NCBI RefSeq assembly: GCF_000196555.1
Contig: NC_015067.1
Span: forward strand, 750,001-782,000
Direction: 5' to 3'
DNA length: 32,000 nt
From: Bifidobacterium longum subsp. longum JCM 1217
GTDB lineage: Bacteria; Actinomycetota; Actinomycetes; Actinomycetales; Bifidobacteriaceae
Shown one piece after another: positions 1 to 10,046 of the stretch. A program made the translations under genes and the position numbers. Position 1 is the stretch's first letter; the number at the start of each line of letters is the position of its first letter. The notes under the pieces were generated by a model. It was not told the origin of the DNA and made no database searches. It was given only the letters and a program-made list of their open reading frames with translations.

Positions 1-1808
1 ACACCCTGGCGGTCGACAAGTACGAGATTGACGGCGTCTCCCAGGACACCGTGATTGCCGCCCGCGAGCTCGATCTGGCCGGCAATGACAACCGCAACTG
101 GGTCAATGACCACACCGTGTACACCCACGGTTACGGCGTGGTGGCCGCCTACGGCAACAAGGTGACCTCCGACGGCCAGCCCGAATTCTTCGAATCCGGC
201 ATCCCCACCCAGGGCAAGCTCACCGAATCCGAAAAGTACGAGCCTCGCATCTACTTCTCGCCGAACACCACCGAATACTCGATTGTCGGTGCCCCTGAAG
301 GCACGCAGGCTTGGGAGTTCGACTACCCGACCGGTTCGGAAGGTGCTCTGACCACGTTCAAGGGCGACGGCGGCCCTTCGGTCGGCAACCTGTTCTCCAG
401 GATTCTCTACGCGATCCGCTTCGGCTCCGATCAGATTCTCTTCTCCGACCGTGTGACCAGCGAATCGCAGATTCTCTACGATCGTTCCCCCAAGGAGCGC
501 GTGGCCAAGGTGGCACCGTACCTGACGCTTGACGGCCGCGTGTATCCGGCCGTGGTCGATGGCCGCGTCAAGTGGATCGTCGACGGCTACACCACCTCCG
601 ACGCCTACCCGTACTCGCAAATAACCGACCTCGGCTCCGCCACCAAGGATTCCACCACCGTCTCTTCCGCAACGGTCTCGTCCCTGGGCTCTCAGAAGGC
701 CAACTACATCCGCAACTCGGTCAAGGCCACCGTGGACGCCTACGACGGTTCCGTGGACCTGTACGTGTGGGATCAATCCGATCCGGTGATCAAGGCATGG
801 GAGAAGATCTTCCCTGGCCAGTACCACCAGCTCTCCGATATCTCCGGCGACCTGATGAGCCACATGCGCTACCCGGAAAGCCTGTTCAAGGTACAGCGCG
901 AGCTGCTCTCCAAGTACCACGTGACCTCTGCCAGCCAGTACTACTCAGGCGAAGACTTCTGGCAGACGCCGGTCGATCCGACCGAATCCCAGTCCCAGCA
1001 GGACCAGGACATCCTGCAGCCGCCGTACTACCTGACCTTGCAGACCGGTGGCACCGAGGAACCGGTGTTCTCGCTGACCTCCACCTACATTCCGGCTGGC
1101 CAGTCCACCCGTGAGATCCTGACCGGCTTCCTGTCGGTCGACTCGGATGCCGGCAATGAGAAGGGCAAGATAGGCTCGAACTACGGCACCATCCGATTGC
1201 AGGAGCTGCCCAAGGATTCGAACGTACCGGGCCCCGGCCAGGCGCAGAACAACTTCAACGCCAACGCCGATGTATCCAAGGAACTGAACCTGCTGCAATC
1301 CGGCGACACGCAAGTGGTGCGCGGCAACCTGCTCACCCTGCCGCTCGGTGGCGGACTGGTGTACGTGCAGCCCGTGTACGTCAAGTCTTCGGGTGCGACT
1401 TCATTCCCGCTGCTCAAGAAGACGCTGGTCGCGTTCGGTGATCAGGTAGGATTTGCGGATACGTTGGATGAGGCCTTGGATCAGGTGTTCGGTGGTGATT
1501 CCGGCGCGGCCGCAGGCGATGCCGAGAACGTGTCCGGTGACGGATCGTCTGGTGACCAGTCGTCCGGCATATCCGGTGACCAATCTGGTTCCGATACCAA
1601 TGGTGGCCAGTCCGGCACCACGGACGGCAAGTCGGATTCCGGCTCGTCTTCCGACCGTAGCCCCGAACTCCAGCAGGCGCTGAACGATGCCGCCCAAGCC
1701 ATGAAGGACAGCCAGTCCGCCATGAAGAACGGCGACTGGACCGCCTACGGCAAGGCGCAGAAGGAGCTTGAAGACGCCCTCAACAAGGCCATCGAGCTCG
1801 ACAAGTAG
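1..1808 (+). CDS. UPF0182 family large membrane protein, C-terminal portion (5' end upstream of window)
   Basis: The frame is open from the window edge (frame 3) to TAG at 1806-1808. Motifs NWVNDHTVYTHGYGVV and VRGNLLTLPLGGGLVYVQPVYV are typical of actinobacterial UPF0182 proteins. The C-terminus has a Ser/Gly/Asp low-complexity tail followed by a Lys/Glu/Ala helix. Confidence 0.8.
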   Translation, partial: TLAVDKYEIDGVSQDTVIAARELDLAGNDNRNWVNDHTVYTHGYGVVAAYGNKVTSDGQPEFFESGIPTQGKLTESEKYEPRIYFSPNTTEYSIVGAPEGTQAWEFDYPTGSEGALTTFKGDGGPSVGNLFSRILYAIRFGSDQILFSDRVTSESQILYDRSPKERVAKVAPYLTLDGRVYPAVVDGRVKWIVDGYTTSDAYPYSQITDLGSATKDSTTVSSATVSSLGSQKANYIRNSVKATVDAYDGSVDLYVWDQSDPVIKAWEKIFPGQYHQLSDISGDLMSHMRYPESLFKVQRELLSKYHVTSASQYYSGEDFWQTPVDPTESQSQQDQDILQPPYYLTLQTGGTEEPVFSLTSTYIPAGQSTREILTGFLSVDSDAGNEKGKIGSNYGTIRLQELPKDSNVPGPGQAQNNFNANADVSKELNLLQSGDTQVVRGNLLTLPLGGGLVYVQPVYVKSSGATSFPLLKKTLVAFGDQVGFADTLDEALDQVFGGDSGAAAGDAENVSGDGSSGDQSSGISGDQSGSDTNGGQSGTTDGKSDSGSSSDRSPELQQALNDAAQAMKDSQSAMKNGDWTAYGKAQKELEDALNKAIELDK

Positions 1809-1822
1809 TTCCGACAGGAATT

Positions 1823-1872
1823 GGCTCCCCTCAGGGTGAGGGGAGCCATCGCCGAAGGCGACTGAAGGGAGT
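1823..1872 (+). repeat. Short interspersed two-hairpin repeat, copy A
   Basis: Hairpin 1 is GGCTCCCCTC-agggt-GAGGGGAGCC (1823-1847). Hairpin 2 is TCGCC-gaa-GGCGA (1849-1861), followed by CTGAAGGGAG. Related copies lie at 11741-11781 and, inverted, at 11961-12006. Confidence 0.6.
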
Positions 1873-1889
1873 CGGTTACCTCAACTGAC

Positions 1890-1922
1890 ATAGCCCGTCC
1901 TTATCATAAGGACGGGCTATTT
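1890..1922 (+). terminator. Stem-loop terminator candidate after the UPF0182 gene
   Basis: An 11-bp perfect stem ATAGCCCGTCC / GGACGGGCTAT (1890-1900 / 1910-1920) with a 9-nt AT-rich loop, followed by TT. Confidence 0.55.
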
Positions 1923-1941
1923 GCGTATTCAAAGGAACCTC

Positions 1942-2475
1942 ATGCCATACACCTTCCGTCCGGCCGTCGAATCCGACGTCCAAGCCATCGCCGACATCTA
2001 CAACGCCTCAGTGATGGCCGGCGGTGCGACCGCCGACCTCACCCCGCGCACCTTCGACCAACGCCGCGCCTGGGTCGAATCCCATACGCCGCCCTACGGC
2101 GTTTTTGTTGTGGAATCGGAAGACGGTTCAATCATTGGCTTCGGTGCGCTCTCCGTGTTCTATGACCGCGCAGGATATGACGGTGTCACCGATTTGGCCT
2201 ATTACATCGATCCGGCATGGCAAGGCAGGGGAGTAGGCACGTTCATGCTTGACAGGCTGCTCACCGAGGCGCTGGCCCGCCACATGCGCAAGGCCTGCGG
2301 CATCATTTTCGCCGATAACGCCGGCTCCATTGCCCTCATGCACCGCTTCGGCTTCACCCAATTCGGACTCATGCCCGCCGCTGCCACCGACTCTACCGGC
2401 ACCATGCGGGACATGTCCTACTGGTATTTGGACCTGCAGCCTTGCAGTAAGTCATTTCAGTCAAGAAAAGTGTGA
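1942..2475 (+). CDS. GNAT family N-acetyltransferase (phosphinothricin/amino-acid acetyltransferase-like)
   Basis: MPYTFRPAVESDVQAIADIYN... with the acetyl-CoA motif QGRGVGTFML. ATG 1942 follows AAAGGA at suitable spacing. The track start at 1921 (TTG) sits inside the upstream terminator. Confidence 0.8.
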   Translation: MPYTFRPAVESDVQAIADIYNASVMAGGATADLTPRTFDQRRAWVESHTPPYGVFVVESEDGSIIGFGALSVFYDRAGYDGVTDLAYYIDPAWQGRGVGTFMLDRLLTEALARHMRKACGIIFADNAGSIALMHRFGFTQFGLMPAAATDSTGTMRDMSYWYLDLQPCSKSFQSRKV

Positions 2476-2634
2476 GGATGCCGGAGCAAACGAGCTTGAC
2501 GGCGGCGTTGAGTACAATCTTGACGGTTGGATCCGGCCGGGCATGGGCCAGTGCGCGAGGCGAACGCGCGCATGACGTACGGAACGTACAGAACGTGCAT
2601 ACGGGAATAAAGGAAGACGGACGAGGAGCGGATT

Positions 2635-3234
2635 ATGGCATCGGATTTCTGGCTGATTGCGGGACTGGGCAACCCCGGCAAAAAATATGAGGACACGCGG
2701 CACAACATGGGCTTCATGGCCGCCGACGTGCTCGCCGAACGTTGGACGGTGAACTTCGCCGATCACAAGGGCTTGGCCATGCTCGGTAAAAGCGTGATGA
2801 ACCTGGACGGCCGCACCGTCAAGTTCTTTCTGGCCAAGCCGCTGACTTATATGAATGATTCCGGCAATGCGGTGGCTTCCATTAGCGCCTATTACCAGAT
2901 CGAGCCCGACCATATTGTGGTGATTCACGATGACATGGACTTGGAATTCGGCCGTATCAAGGTCAAGGCAGGCGGCTCCGCAGGCGGCCACAACGGCATC
3001 AAGTCGATTGACCGTTCCCTCGGCACGCCGAAATACGCGCGTGTGCGCATGGGCGTCGGTCACTCCAAGCGCGGTGCGAACGCGCATGACAACACGGTGA
3101 ACTGGGTGCTGGGCGGATTCGGTCCGGACCAGCGCAAGCAGCTGCCCGAATTCCTGGCTGACGGCGCCGACGCCGCCGAGGACATCATCTTCCACGGTCT
3201 TGCCAAGACCCAGGAGAAGTTCAATGGCCGGTGA
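2635..3234 (+). CDS. pth: Peptidyl-tRNA hydrolase
   Basis: Classic Pth N-terminus LIAGLGNPGKKYEDTRHNMGF and GGHNGIKS motif. GAGGAG RBS lies upstream of the ATG. Confidence 0.95.
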   Translation: MASDFWLIAGLGNPGKKYEDTRHNMGFMAADVLAERWTVNFADHKGLAMLGKSVMNLDGRTVKFFLAKPLTYMNDSGNAVASISAYYQIEPDHIVVIHDDMDLEFGRIKVKAGGSAGGHNGIKSIDRSLGTPKYARVRMGVGHSKRGANAHDNTVNWVLGGFGPDQRKQLPEFLADGADAAEDIIFHGLAKTQEKFNGR

Positions 3235-6200
3235 GGCGACGCACCCGGACCTGATCAACGGCTCACTGGCAGGCATCCTGTCTGAGCTGGAACAGGACAA
3301 GACCTTCCTGAAGCTCGCCGCCGGCGACATCGAGGCTTCGGACGACGTCGACAACTCCGTCCTGGCCGGCATCCCCGAAGGCTTGCGCCCGGCTTTGGCC
3401 GCCGCCATCGGGCAGGGTGTGGCCGGCAAACCCGGCAAGCCGGTCGTGCTGGTCGTGGCCTCCGGCCGCGAAGCCGAAGAGACCGTGGGCTCGCTGCGCT
3501 CCTGGTATGATGGCGACCCGAACGACATCGCCCAGCTCGAAGCCTGGGAAACCCTGCCGCACGAGCGTCTGAGCCCGCGCGCGGACACCGTGGCCAGCCG
3601 CATGGCCGTGTTCCGCAGACTCAAGCATCCGAGCGATACCGATTCGATGTTCGGCCCGATTCGCATTCTCGTCATGCCGATCCGCTCGCTCATCCAGCCA
3701 GTCGTCCAAGGACTGGGCGATGTCGAGCCGCTCGTGTTCACCGTGGGGGAGGACCTGCCCCTCGACGAAGCCGCCAAACGTCTGATCGAAAACGCCTACA
3801 CGCGCGTGGACCTGGTCATGGACCGTGGCGAGTTCGCGGTGCGCGGAGGCATTCTTGACGTATTCCCGCCCACCGCACCGCACCCGGTGCGTATCGAATT
3901 CTTCGGCGACGAAATTGACACCATCAAGGAATTCCACGCCTCCGACCAGCGTACCTACGGCGACGGCCTCAAGACCATCTGGGCCACCGCATGCCGTGAA
4001 CTGCAGCTGACCGACGCCGTGCGCACCCGCGCCAAAGCCTTGGTCGGTTCGATTCCCAATGCTGAGGACATGCTCGAATCCATCGCCAACGCCATTCCGG
4101 TCGAAGGCATGGAATCCCTGATGCCCGCACTCGTGGACCATCTGGAACCGGTGGGCTCCATGCTTCCCAAGCACGCCGTGATCCTCCTGAGCGACCCGGA
4201 GAAACTGCGCCGCTCCGCCGAAGACTTGGCAAAAACCGCGAACGAGTTCCTGGCCGCAAGCTGGCATGTGGCCGCCTCCGGCCACGGCGCCGGCGCGCCC
4301 ATCAGCTTCGACGAAGCCAGCTTCCTCGACTATGCGGAAACCATCAGCTCCCTCGAATACTCCGAACATCCGGTGATTCGCCTCACCAGTTTCGGCGTGG
4401 ACACCACGTTGACCGGCCATGTGCAGCTCGACGCCCAGAACCCGGCCGAATTCCGAGGGGATGAGGCCAAGGCCTCCCAAGGCATCGAAGGCCTGCTCGA
4501 TGCCGGCTTCCACGTCACCATCACCGCCGCTGCGGCCGGCACCTTGGCCAGGCTCAAGCGTGCGATCAACACTACCGGCATCGCCAATTTCGACGTCATC
4601 CGCTCTCAGGCCATCGACGGCTTCGTGGACAAAGCCGCCAAAATCGCCCTGCTCACCGAACGCGACCTGACCGGCCGCACTTCAGCCGTGGCCGTGGCCA
4701 AAACGCCGAAACGCCGGCGCAAGGCCATCGACTTGGTGGAGCTCAAAAAAGGCGATTACGTGGTGCACGAGCAGCACGGCATTGGCCGGTTCATCGAAAT
4801 GCGTCAGCGCACCATCGGCACCGGCGCCAACAAAACCACTCGCGAATACCTGGTCATCGAATATGCGCCTTCCAAGCGCGGCGCCCCGGCGGACAAACTG
4901 TTCATCCCCACCGACCAGCTCGACCAGGTCAGCAAATACATCGGCGCCGAAGCCCCCAAGCTCAACAAGCTCGGCGGCTCCGACTGGGCGGCCACCAAGG
5001 CCAAGGCCCGCAAGCACGTCCACGAGATCGCCGACGACCTGATCAAGCTGTACTCCGCCCGCCAGCGCGCCAAGGGCTTCGCGTTCAGCCCGGACACCCC
5101 ATGGCAGAAAGAGCTGGAAGACGCCTTCCCCTATCAGGAAACCGCCGACCAGCTCACCACCATCGACGAAGTTAAATCCGACATGGAAAAGCCCGTGCCG
5201 ATGGACCGCCTCATCTGCGGCGACGTGGGCTTCGGCAAAACCGAAATCGCACTGCGTGCCGCCTTCAAGGCCGTGCAGGACGGCAAGCAGGTGGCCGTGC
5301 TCGTGCCCACCACGCTGCTTGTCCAGCAGCATTACGAGACGTTCAGCGAACGATTCGAGGGTTTCCCGGTCAATGTGGCGGCCATGAGCCGATTCCAGAC
5401 CACCAAAGAGATCAACGAGGCCATCGAGGGGCTGGAAACCGGCACGGTGGACGTGGTCATCGGCACGCACAAGCTGCTGAACCCGAAAATCAAGTTCAAG
5501 GATCTGGGACTCGTCATCATCGATGAGGAGCAGCGTTTCGGCGTGGAACACAAGGAGACGCTGAAAGCCCTGCGCACCAACGTGGACGTGCTGTCCCTGT
5601 CTGCCACGCCTATCCCGCGCACGCTGGAAATGGCCGTGACCGGCATTCGCGAGATGTCCACGCTCGCCACCCCGCCCGAAGACCGGTTGCCGGTGCTGAC
5701 CTATGTGGGCGCCTACGAGGATGCGCAGGTCACCGCAGCCGTACGCCGCGAACTGCTGCGAGGCGGCCAGGTGTTCTATGTCCACAATCGTGTGCAGGAC
5801 ATCTCGTCCATCGCCGACAAGATCCACACGCTGGTGCCCGAGGCGCACGTCGGCATCGCCCACGGCAAGATGGGGGAGAAGCAGCTCGACCAGATCATCC
5901 GCGACTTCTGGCATCGCGACATCGACGTGCTCGTGTGTACCACAATCATCGAGACCGGTCTTGATATCTCCAATGCGAACACGCTGATCGTCGACCATGC
6001 CGACCGTTTCGGCTTGAGCCAGCTCCATCAGCTGCGTGGCCGCGTCGGTCGCGGCCGCGAGCGCGCGTACGCCTACTTCTTGTACGACCCGTCCAAGCCG
6101 ATGACCGAGCAGTCCCATGACCGGCTCGCCACCATCGCGCAGAACACGGCGCTCGGCTCCGGTTTCGATGTGGCCATGAAGGACTTGGAATTGCGCGGCA

Positions 6201-6808
6201 CCGGTAACCTTCTGGGCGACGAGCAGTCCGGCCATATCGAGGGCGTGGGCTTCGACCTGTACGTACGCATGGTGTCCGAAGCCGTGGAAAAGTACAAGGA
6301 GCCCGAAGAGGACGTCGAGCCGGTGGCCGTGTCCATCGACCTGCCCATCGAAGCGTCGATTCCGATCGAGTACATCGATTCGGACAAGCTGCGTCTGGAA
6401 GCGTACCGCAAGCTCGCCTCCGCCCGCAACGAGGCCGATCTGAAGGATTTGGAAGAGGAACTTACCGACCGTTACGGCAAGCCGCCGGTCGAATTCGAGA
6501 CCCTGTTCGACGTGGCCCGTCTGAAGTTCAAGGCCCGCAAGCTCGGCATTTCGGAGATTCTCGCGCAATCCAACCGCGTGCGCATCGGTCGCATCGACCC
6601 GCCCGAATCCATCCAGATGCGTATGGGCCGTATTTACAAAGGCACCCAATACCGTCCGGTCACCCACCAGCTCATCGTCCCCACCCCGTTCACCGGCTCC
6701 CTGGGCCAAGGCCCCATGAGCTCCGACCAGGTAGTCCTCTGGACCAACCAGTTACTTGATGATTTGGCATGGACCCCGTCGTCAAGCAAACGGCAGAGCC
6801 GTTTGTAG
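3224..6808 (+). CDS. mfd: Transcription-repair coupling factor Mfd
   Basis: About 1194 aa with a CarD/TRCF RNAP-interacting region (GDYVVHEQHGIGRF). Superfamily-2 helicase motifs are GDVGFGKTE, DEEQRFG, SATPIPRT and QLRGRVGRG, with a TRG-type C-terminus. ATG 3224 has an AGGAGAAG RBS and overlaps the pth stop by 11 nt. An in-frame alternative start exists at 3200. Confidence 0.95.
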   Translation: MAGEATHPDLINGSLAGILSELEQDKTFLKLAAGDIEASDDVDNSVLAGIPEGLRPALAAAIGQGVAGKPGKPVVLVVASGREAEETVGSLRSWYDGDPNDIAQLEAWETLPHERLSPRADTVASRMAVFRRLKHPSDTDSMFGPIRILVMPIRSLIQPVVQGLGDVEPLVFTVGEDLPLDEAAKRLIENAYTRVDLVMDRGEFAVRGGILDVFPPTAPHPVRIEFFGDEIDTIKEFHASDQRTYGDGLKTIWATACRELQLTDAVRTRAKALVGSIPNAEDMLESIANAIPVEGMESLMPALVDHLEPVGSMLPKHAVILLSDPEKLRRSAEDLAKTANEFLAASWHVAASGHGAGAPISFDEASFLDYAETISSLEYSEHPVIRLTSFGVDTTLTGHVQLDAQNPAEFRGDEAKASQGIEGLLDAGFHVTITAAAAGTLARLKRAINTTGIANFDVIRSQAIDGFVDKAAKIALLTERDLTGRTSAVAVAKTPKRRRKAIDLVELKKGDYVVHEQHGIGRFIEMRQRTIGTGANKTTREYLVIEYAPSKRGAPADKLFIPTDQLDQVSKYIGAEAPKLNKLGGSDWAATKAKARKHVHEIADDLIKLYSARQRAKGFAFSPDTPWQKELEDAFPYQETADQLTTIDEVKSDMEKPVPMDRLICGDVGFGKTEIALRAAFKAVQDGKQVAVLVPTTLLVQQHYETFSERFEGFPVNVAAMSRFQTTKEINEAIEGLETGTVDVVIGTHKLLNPKIKFKDLGLVIIDEEQRFGVEHKETLKALRTNVDVLSLSATPIPRTLEMAVTGIREMSTLATPPEDRLPVLTYVGAYEDAQVTAAVRRELLRGGQVFYVHNRVQDISSIADKIHTLVPEAHVGIAHGKMGEKQLDQIIRDFWHRDIDVLVCTTIIETGLDISNANTLIVDHADRFGLSQLHQLRGRVGRGRERAYAYFLYDPSKPMTEQSHDRLATIAQNTALGSGFDVAMKDLELRGTGNLLGDEQSGHIEGVGFDLYVRMVSEAVEKYKEPEEDVEPVAVSIDLPIEASIPIEYIDSDKLRLEAYRKLASARNEADLKDLEEELTDRYGKPPVEFETLFDVARLKFKARKLGISEILAQSNRVRIGRIDPPESIQMRMGRIYKGTQYRPVTHQLIVPTPFTGSLGQGPMSSDQVVLWTNQLLDDLAWTPSSSKRQSRL

Positions 6809-6837
6809 ACGGGGTGCGAGGCGGCAGTCGAGCCAGC

Positions 6838-6870
6838 TATGGCTCACCGGGCAACATCCGGTGAGCCATA
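6838..6870 (+). terminator. Intrinsic terminator candidate after mfd
   Basis: A 13-bp perfect stem TATGGCTCACCGG / CCGGTGAGCCATA with a 7-nt loop, followed by TTCATATTCAT. Confidence 0.6.
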
Positions 6871-6947
6871 TTCATATTCATGCCGTCGTTTGTGACGATG
6901 ATTCACCCCAGACGGAATCGTTCCGACTGTCCAGCGAGCGAGATTAA

Positions 6948-7895
6948 GTGACTGCTATGAGCGAAACGACTACGAACCGCACGAACCAGAGCGCGACCAC
7001 GGCAACACTTGCCGGCTATGAGATTCCCCGCCTCGGCATGGGCACGATGGCGCTCGCCATCGAGGGGCGCCCCTCCAACCGTAATCAGGCAATCGAGACC
7101 ATCCATGCCGCGCTCGATGCCGGAGTCCGTTATTTGGACACGGCTTGGTCCTATTATCTGCCCAGCGCACCCGGCACCGGCGAACCGGAGGATATGGGCT
7201 ATGGCGAATATCTGGTCCGCGATGCTCTGCACTCGTGGCATGGCCCCAAAGATCAGGTGCTCGTAGCCACCAAAACCGGCTGGCTGCGCACGCTTGACGG
7301 CAACGGCAACTACGGCTGGCAGGCCGACGCCCGACCTGAAACCATGATCGCCAATGCCAAGGAATCAGCCCGCCGCCTCGGTGTCGATACGCTCGATCTG
7401 CTCTACTCGCACTGCAACGATCCGCAGGTGCCGTACGAAGACCAGATGGGCGCACTCAAGCAGCTCGTGGACGAAGGTGTGGCCAAAGCTGTCGGCATCT
7501 CCAGAATCGACAACGCGGACATCGAAACCGCCCACAATATTTTGGGAGATCGTCTCGTGGCCGTCCAGAACCAGTTCTCCCCGGTCCACCGCGACCCTGA
7601 GCACACGTTGGAAACCTGCGAAAAGCTCGGTTTGGCTTTTGTCTGCTGGTCGCCGCTCGGTGGATTCCTTGACCCGTTCAACGAGCATCTGTTCGACCGG
7701 TTCCGCGAAGTCGCCAAGATTCACGACTGCTCCTACCAGCGCGTCACGCTCGCGTGGGAACTTGCGCAATACCAATATCTGTTCACGATTCCCTCGGCCA
7801 GAAACCCGCAGGAGATTCAGGACTCGTTCAAAGCCAGCGAACTGAAATTGTCCGACAGTGAAATCGGCTACCTCAATGGCAAGGATGTTGACTGA
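6948..7895 (+). CDS. Aldo/keto reductase family oxidoreductase
   Basis: AKR-like pattern: LGMGTMAL..., YLDTAWSY, DLLYSHCND, VQNQFSP. Start is GTG 6948 or in-frame ATG 6957. Confidence 0.85.
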   Translation: MTAMSETTTNRTNQSATTATLAGYEIPRLGMGTMALAIEGRPSNRNQAIETIHAALDAGVRYLDTAWSYYLPSAPGTGEPEDMGYGEYLVRDALHSWHGPKDQVLVATKTGWLRTLDGNGNYGWQADARPETMIANAKESARRLGVDTLDLLYSHCNDPQVPYEDQMGALKQLVDEGVAKAVGISRIDNADIETAHNILGDRLVAVQNQFSPVHRDPEHTLETCEKLGLAFVCWSPLGGFLDPFNEHLFDRFREVAKIHDCSYQRVTLAWELAQYQYLFTIPSARNPQEIQDSFKASELKLSDSEIGYLNGKDVD

Positions 7896-7940
7896 GCGAT
7901 TTCGTCCGTACTGCCTTGCAATCAGGCGGCACACTGGCAT

Positions 7941-7954
7941 TGTGAGCGCTAACG
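7941..7954. promoter_or_regulatory. Candidate LacI-family operator upstream of eno
   Basis: TGTGAGC|GCTAACG is an imperfect palindrome about a central CG (5 of 7 half-site positions symmetric), the general shape of LacI/GalR operators. It lies 92 bp upstream of the eno start. Confidence 0.35.
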
Positions 7955-7973
7955 CTAAATTTTGGGCGTGTTG

Positions 7974-8002
7974 TTCACAACGTCCACAAATCGCACTATT
8001 CT
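7974..8002 (+). promoter_or_regulatory. Candidate eno promoter (-35 TTCACA, 17-nt spacer, -10 TATTCT)
   Basis: Hexamers at 7974-7979 and 7997-8002. The -10 overlaps a perfect 12-bp palindrome ATTCTTAAGAAT (7998-8009). AAGGAG RBS at 8035-8040. Confidence 0.35.
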
Positions 8003-8036
8003 TAAGAATGTCATTCAAGATACACAACCGTTTTAA

Positions 8037-9344
<1,308 letters not shown>

Positions 9345-9385
9345 GCTGAAACGCCCGTAAAGGCGTGAGTTTCCACTGAAGCTCG

Positions 9386-9426
9386 ATACCCGTCGTATTC
9401 GTCAAGTCGAATGCGGCGGGTATTTT
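9386..9426 (+). terminator. Intrinsic terminator after eno
   Basis: A 16-bp stem (two G-U pairs) spanning 9386-9401 / 9408-9423 with a 6-nt loop, followed by TTT. The track start of the next ORF (9411) falls inside this hairpin. Confidence 0.7.
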
Positions 9427-9434
9427 CGTGTGAC

Positions 9435-10046
9435 ATGAGCAAGTCGTCCCGTACCGGCAAACCTGGCAAAACCGGCAAAGCACGAGTTAGGAAAAAAGGG
9501 TCGGCGGGGCCTATAGCGTTCTTCGTCTCCCTGTTCATTATCGCCCTTGGCACCATCCAGCTGGTCTCCACCTTCCACACCTATGCCCTGAACCTGGCCG
9601 AACTCAATGGTCTCAAGCGTGAGGAGGCTTCGCTGATCGCCAAAAAGCAGGAGTTGGAAAACGACATCAAGCGTTGGGATGACAAGGCCTACATCACCGC
9701 CCAGGCCCGTGAACGCCTCGGCTTCGTATTCCCCGGCGAACAGGCCGTGCGTGTGCTTCATCCCGAAGCCGTGACCGGCTCCGATAGCGAATCCCAGAAA
9801 ACGGAAGATTCCAGTAGCAGCAACAAAAAAGTCCTGCCATGGTACAGCGAACTGTCTTACTCGCTCAAAAAGGCCGATGAGCCTGTGACCGATAGCGAGT
9901 CCGGCAAATCCGATATTTCCGGTTCCTCTGACTCGTCATCCAACGACTCATCCAAGCGGTCCGATAAGTCAGACCAGAACACCCAATCCGATCAGAACAC
10001 CCAACAGAATACCCAACAGAACACAGGGGAGGGAACCCAACAGTGA
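9435..10046 (+). CDS. ftsB: Septum formation initiator family protein (FtsB/DivIC-like)
   Basis: Basic N-terminus, a single TM (IAFFVSLFIIALGTIQLV), then a coiled coil (LNGLKREEASLIAKKQELENDIKRWDD) and ARERLGFVFPGE. This is the FtsB/DivIC layout, and the gene sits at the conserved position after eno. The tail is Ser/Asp/Gln-rich and repetitive. Confidence 0.8.
   Translation: MSKSSRTGKPGKTGKARVRKKGSAGPIAFFVSLFIIALGTIQLVSTFHTYALNLAELNGLKREEASLIAKKQELENDIKRWDDKAYITAQARERLGFVFPGEQAVRVLHPEAVTGSDSESQKTEDSSSSNKKVLPWYSELSYSLKKADEPVTDSESGKSDISGSSDSSSNDSSKRSDKSDQNTQSDQNTQQNTQQNTGEGTQQ

Noticed and set aside
2461-3777. 438-aa ORF on the minus strand
   Set aside because: It lies antisense to pth and the start of mfd, both of which have unmistakable family signatures. 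The composition is Ser/Arg/Ala/Pro-rich with no recognisable motifs, typical of a high-GC antisense artefact.
4682-6709. 675-aa ORF on the minus strand (also 3263..4513, 416 aa)
   Set aside because: It is fully antisense to the mfd helicase core. It is Gly/Val/His/Asp/Arg-rich with no domain pattern. Stop codons are simply rare on the antisense strand of GC-rich genes.
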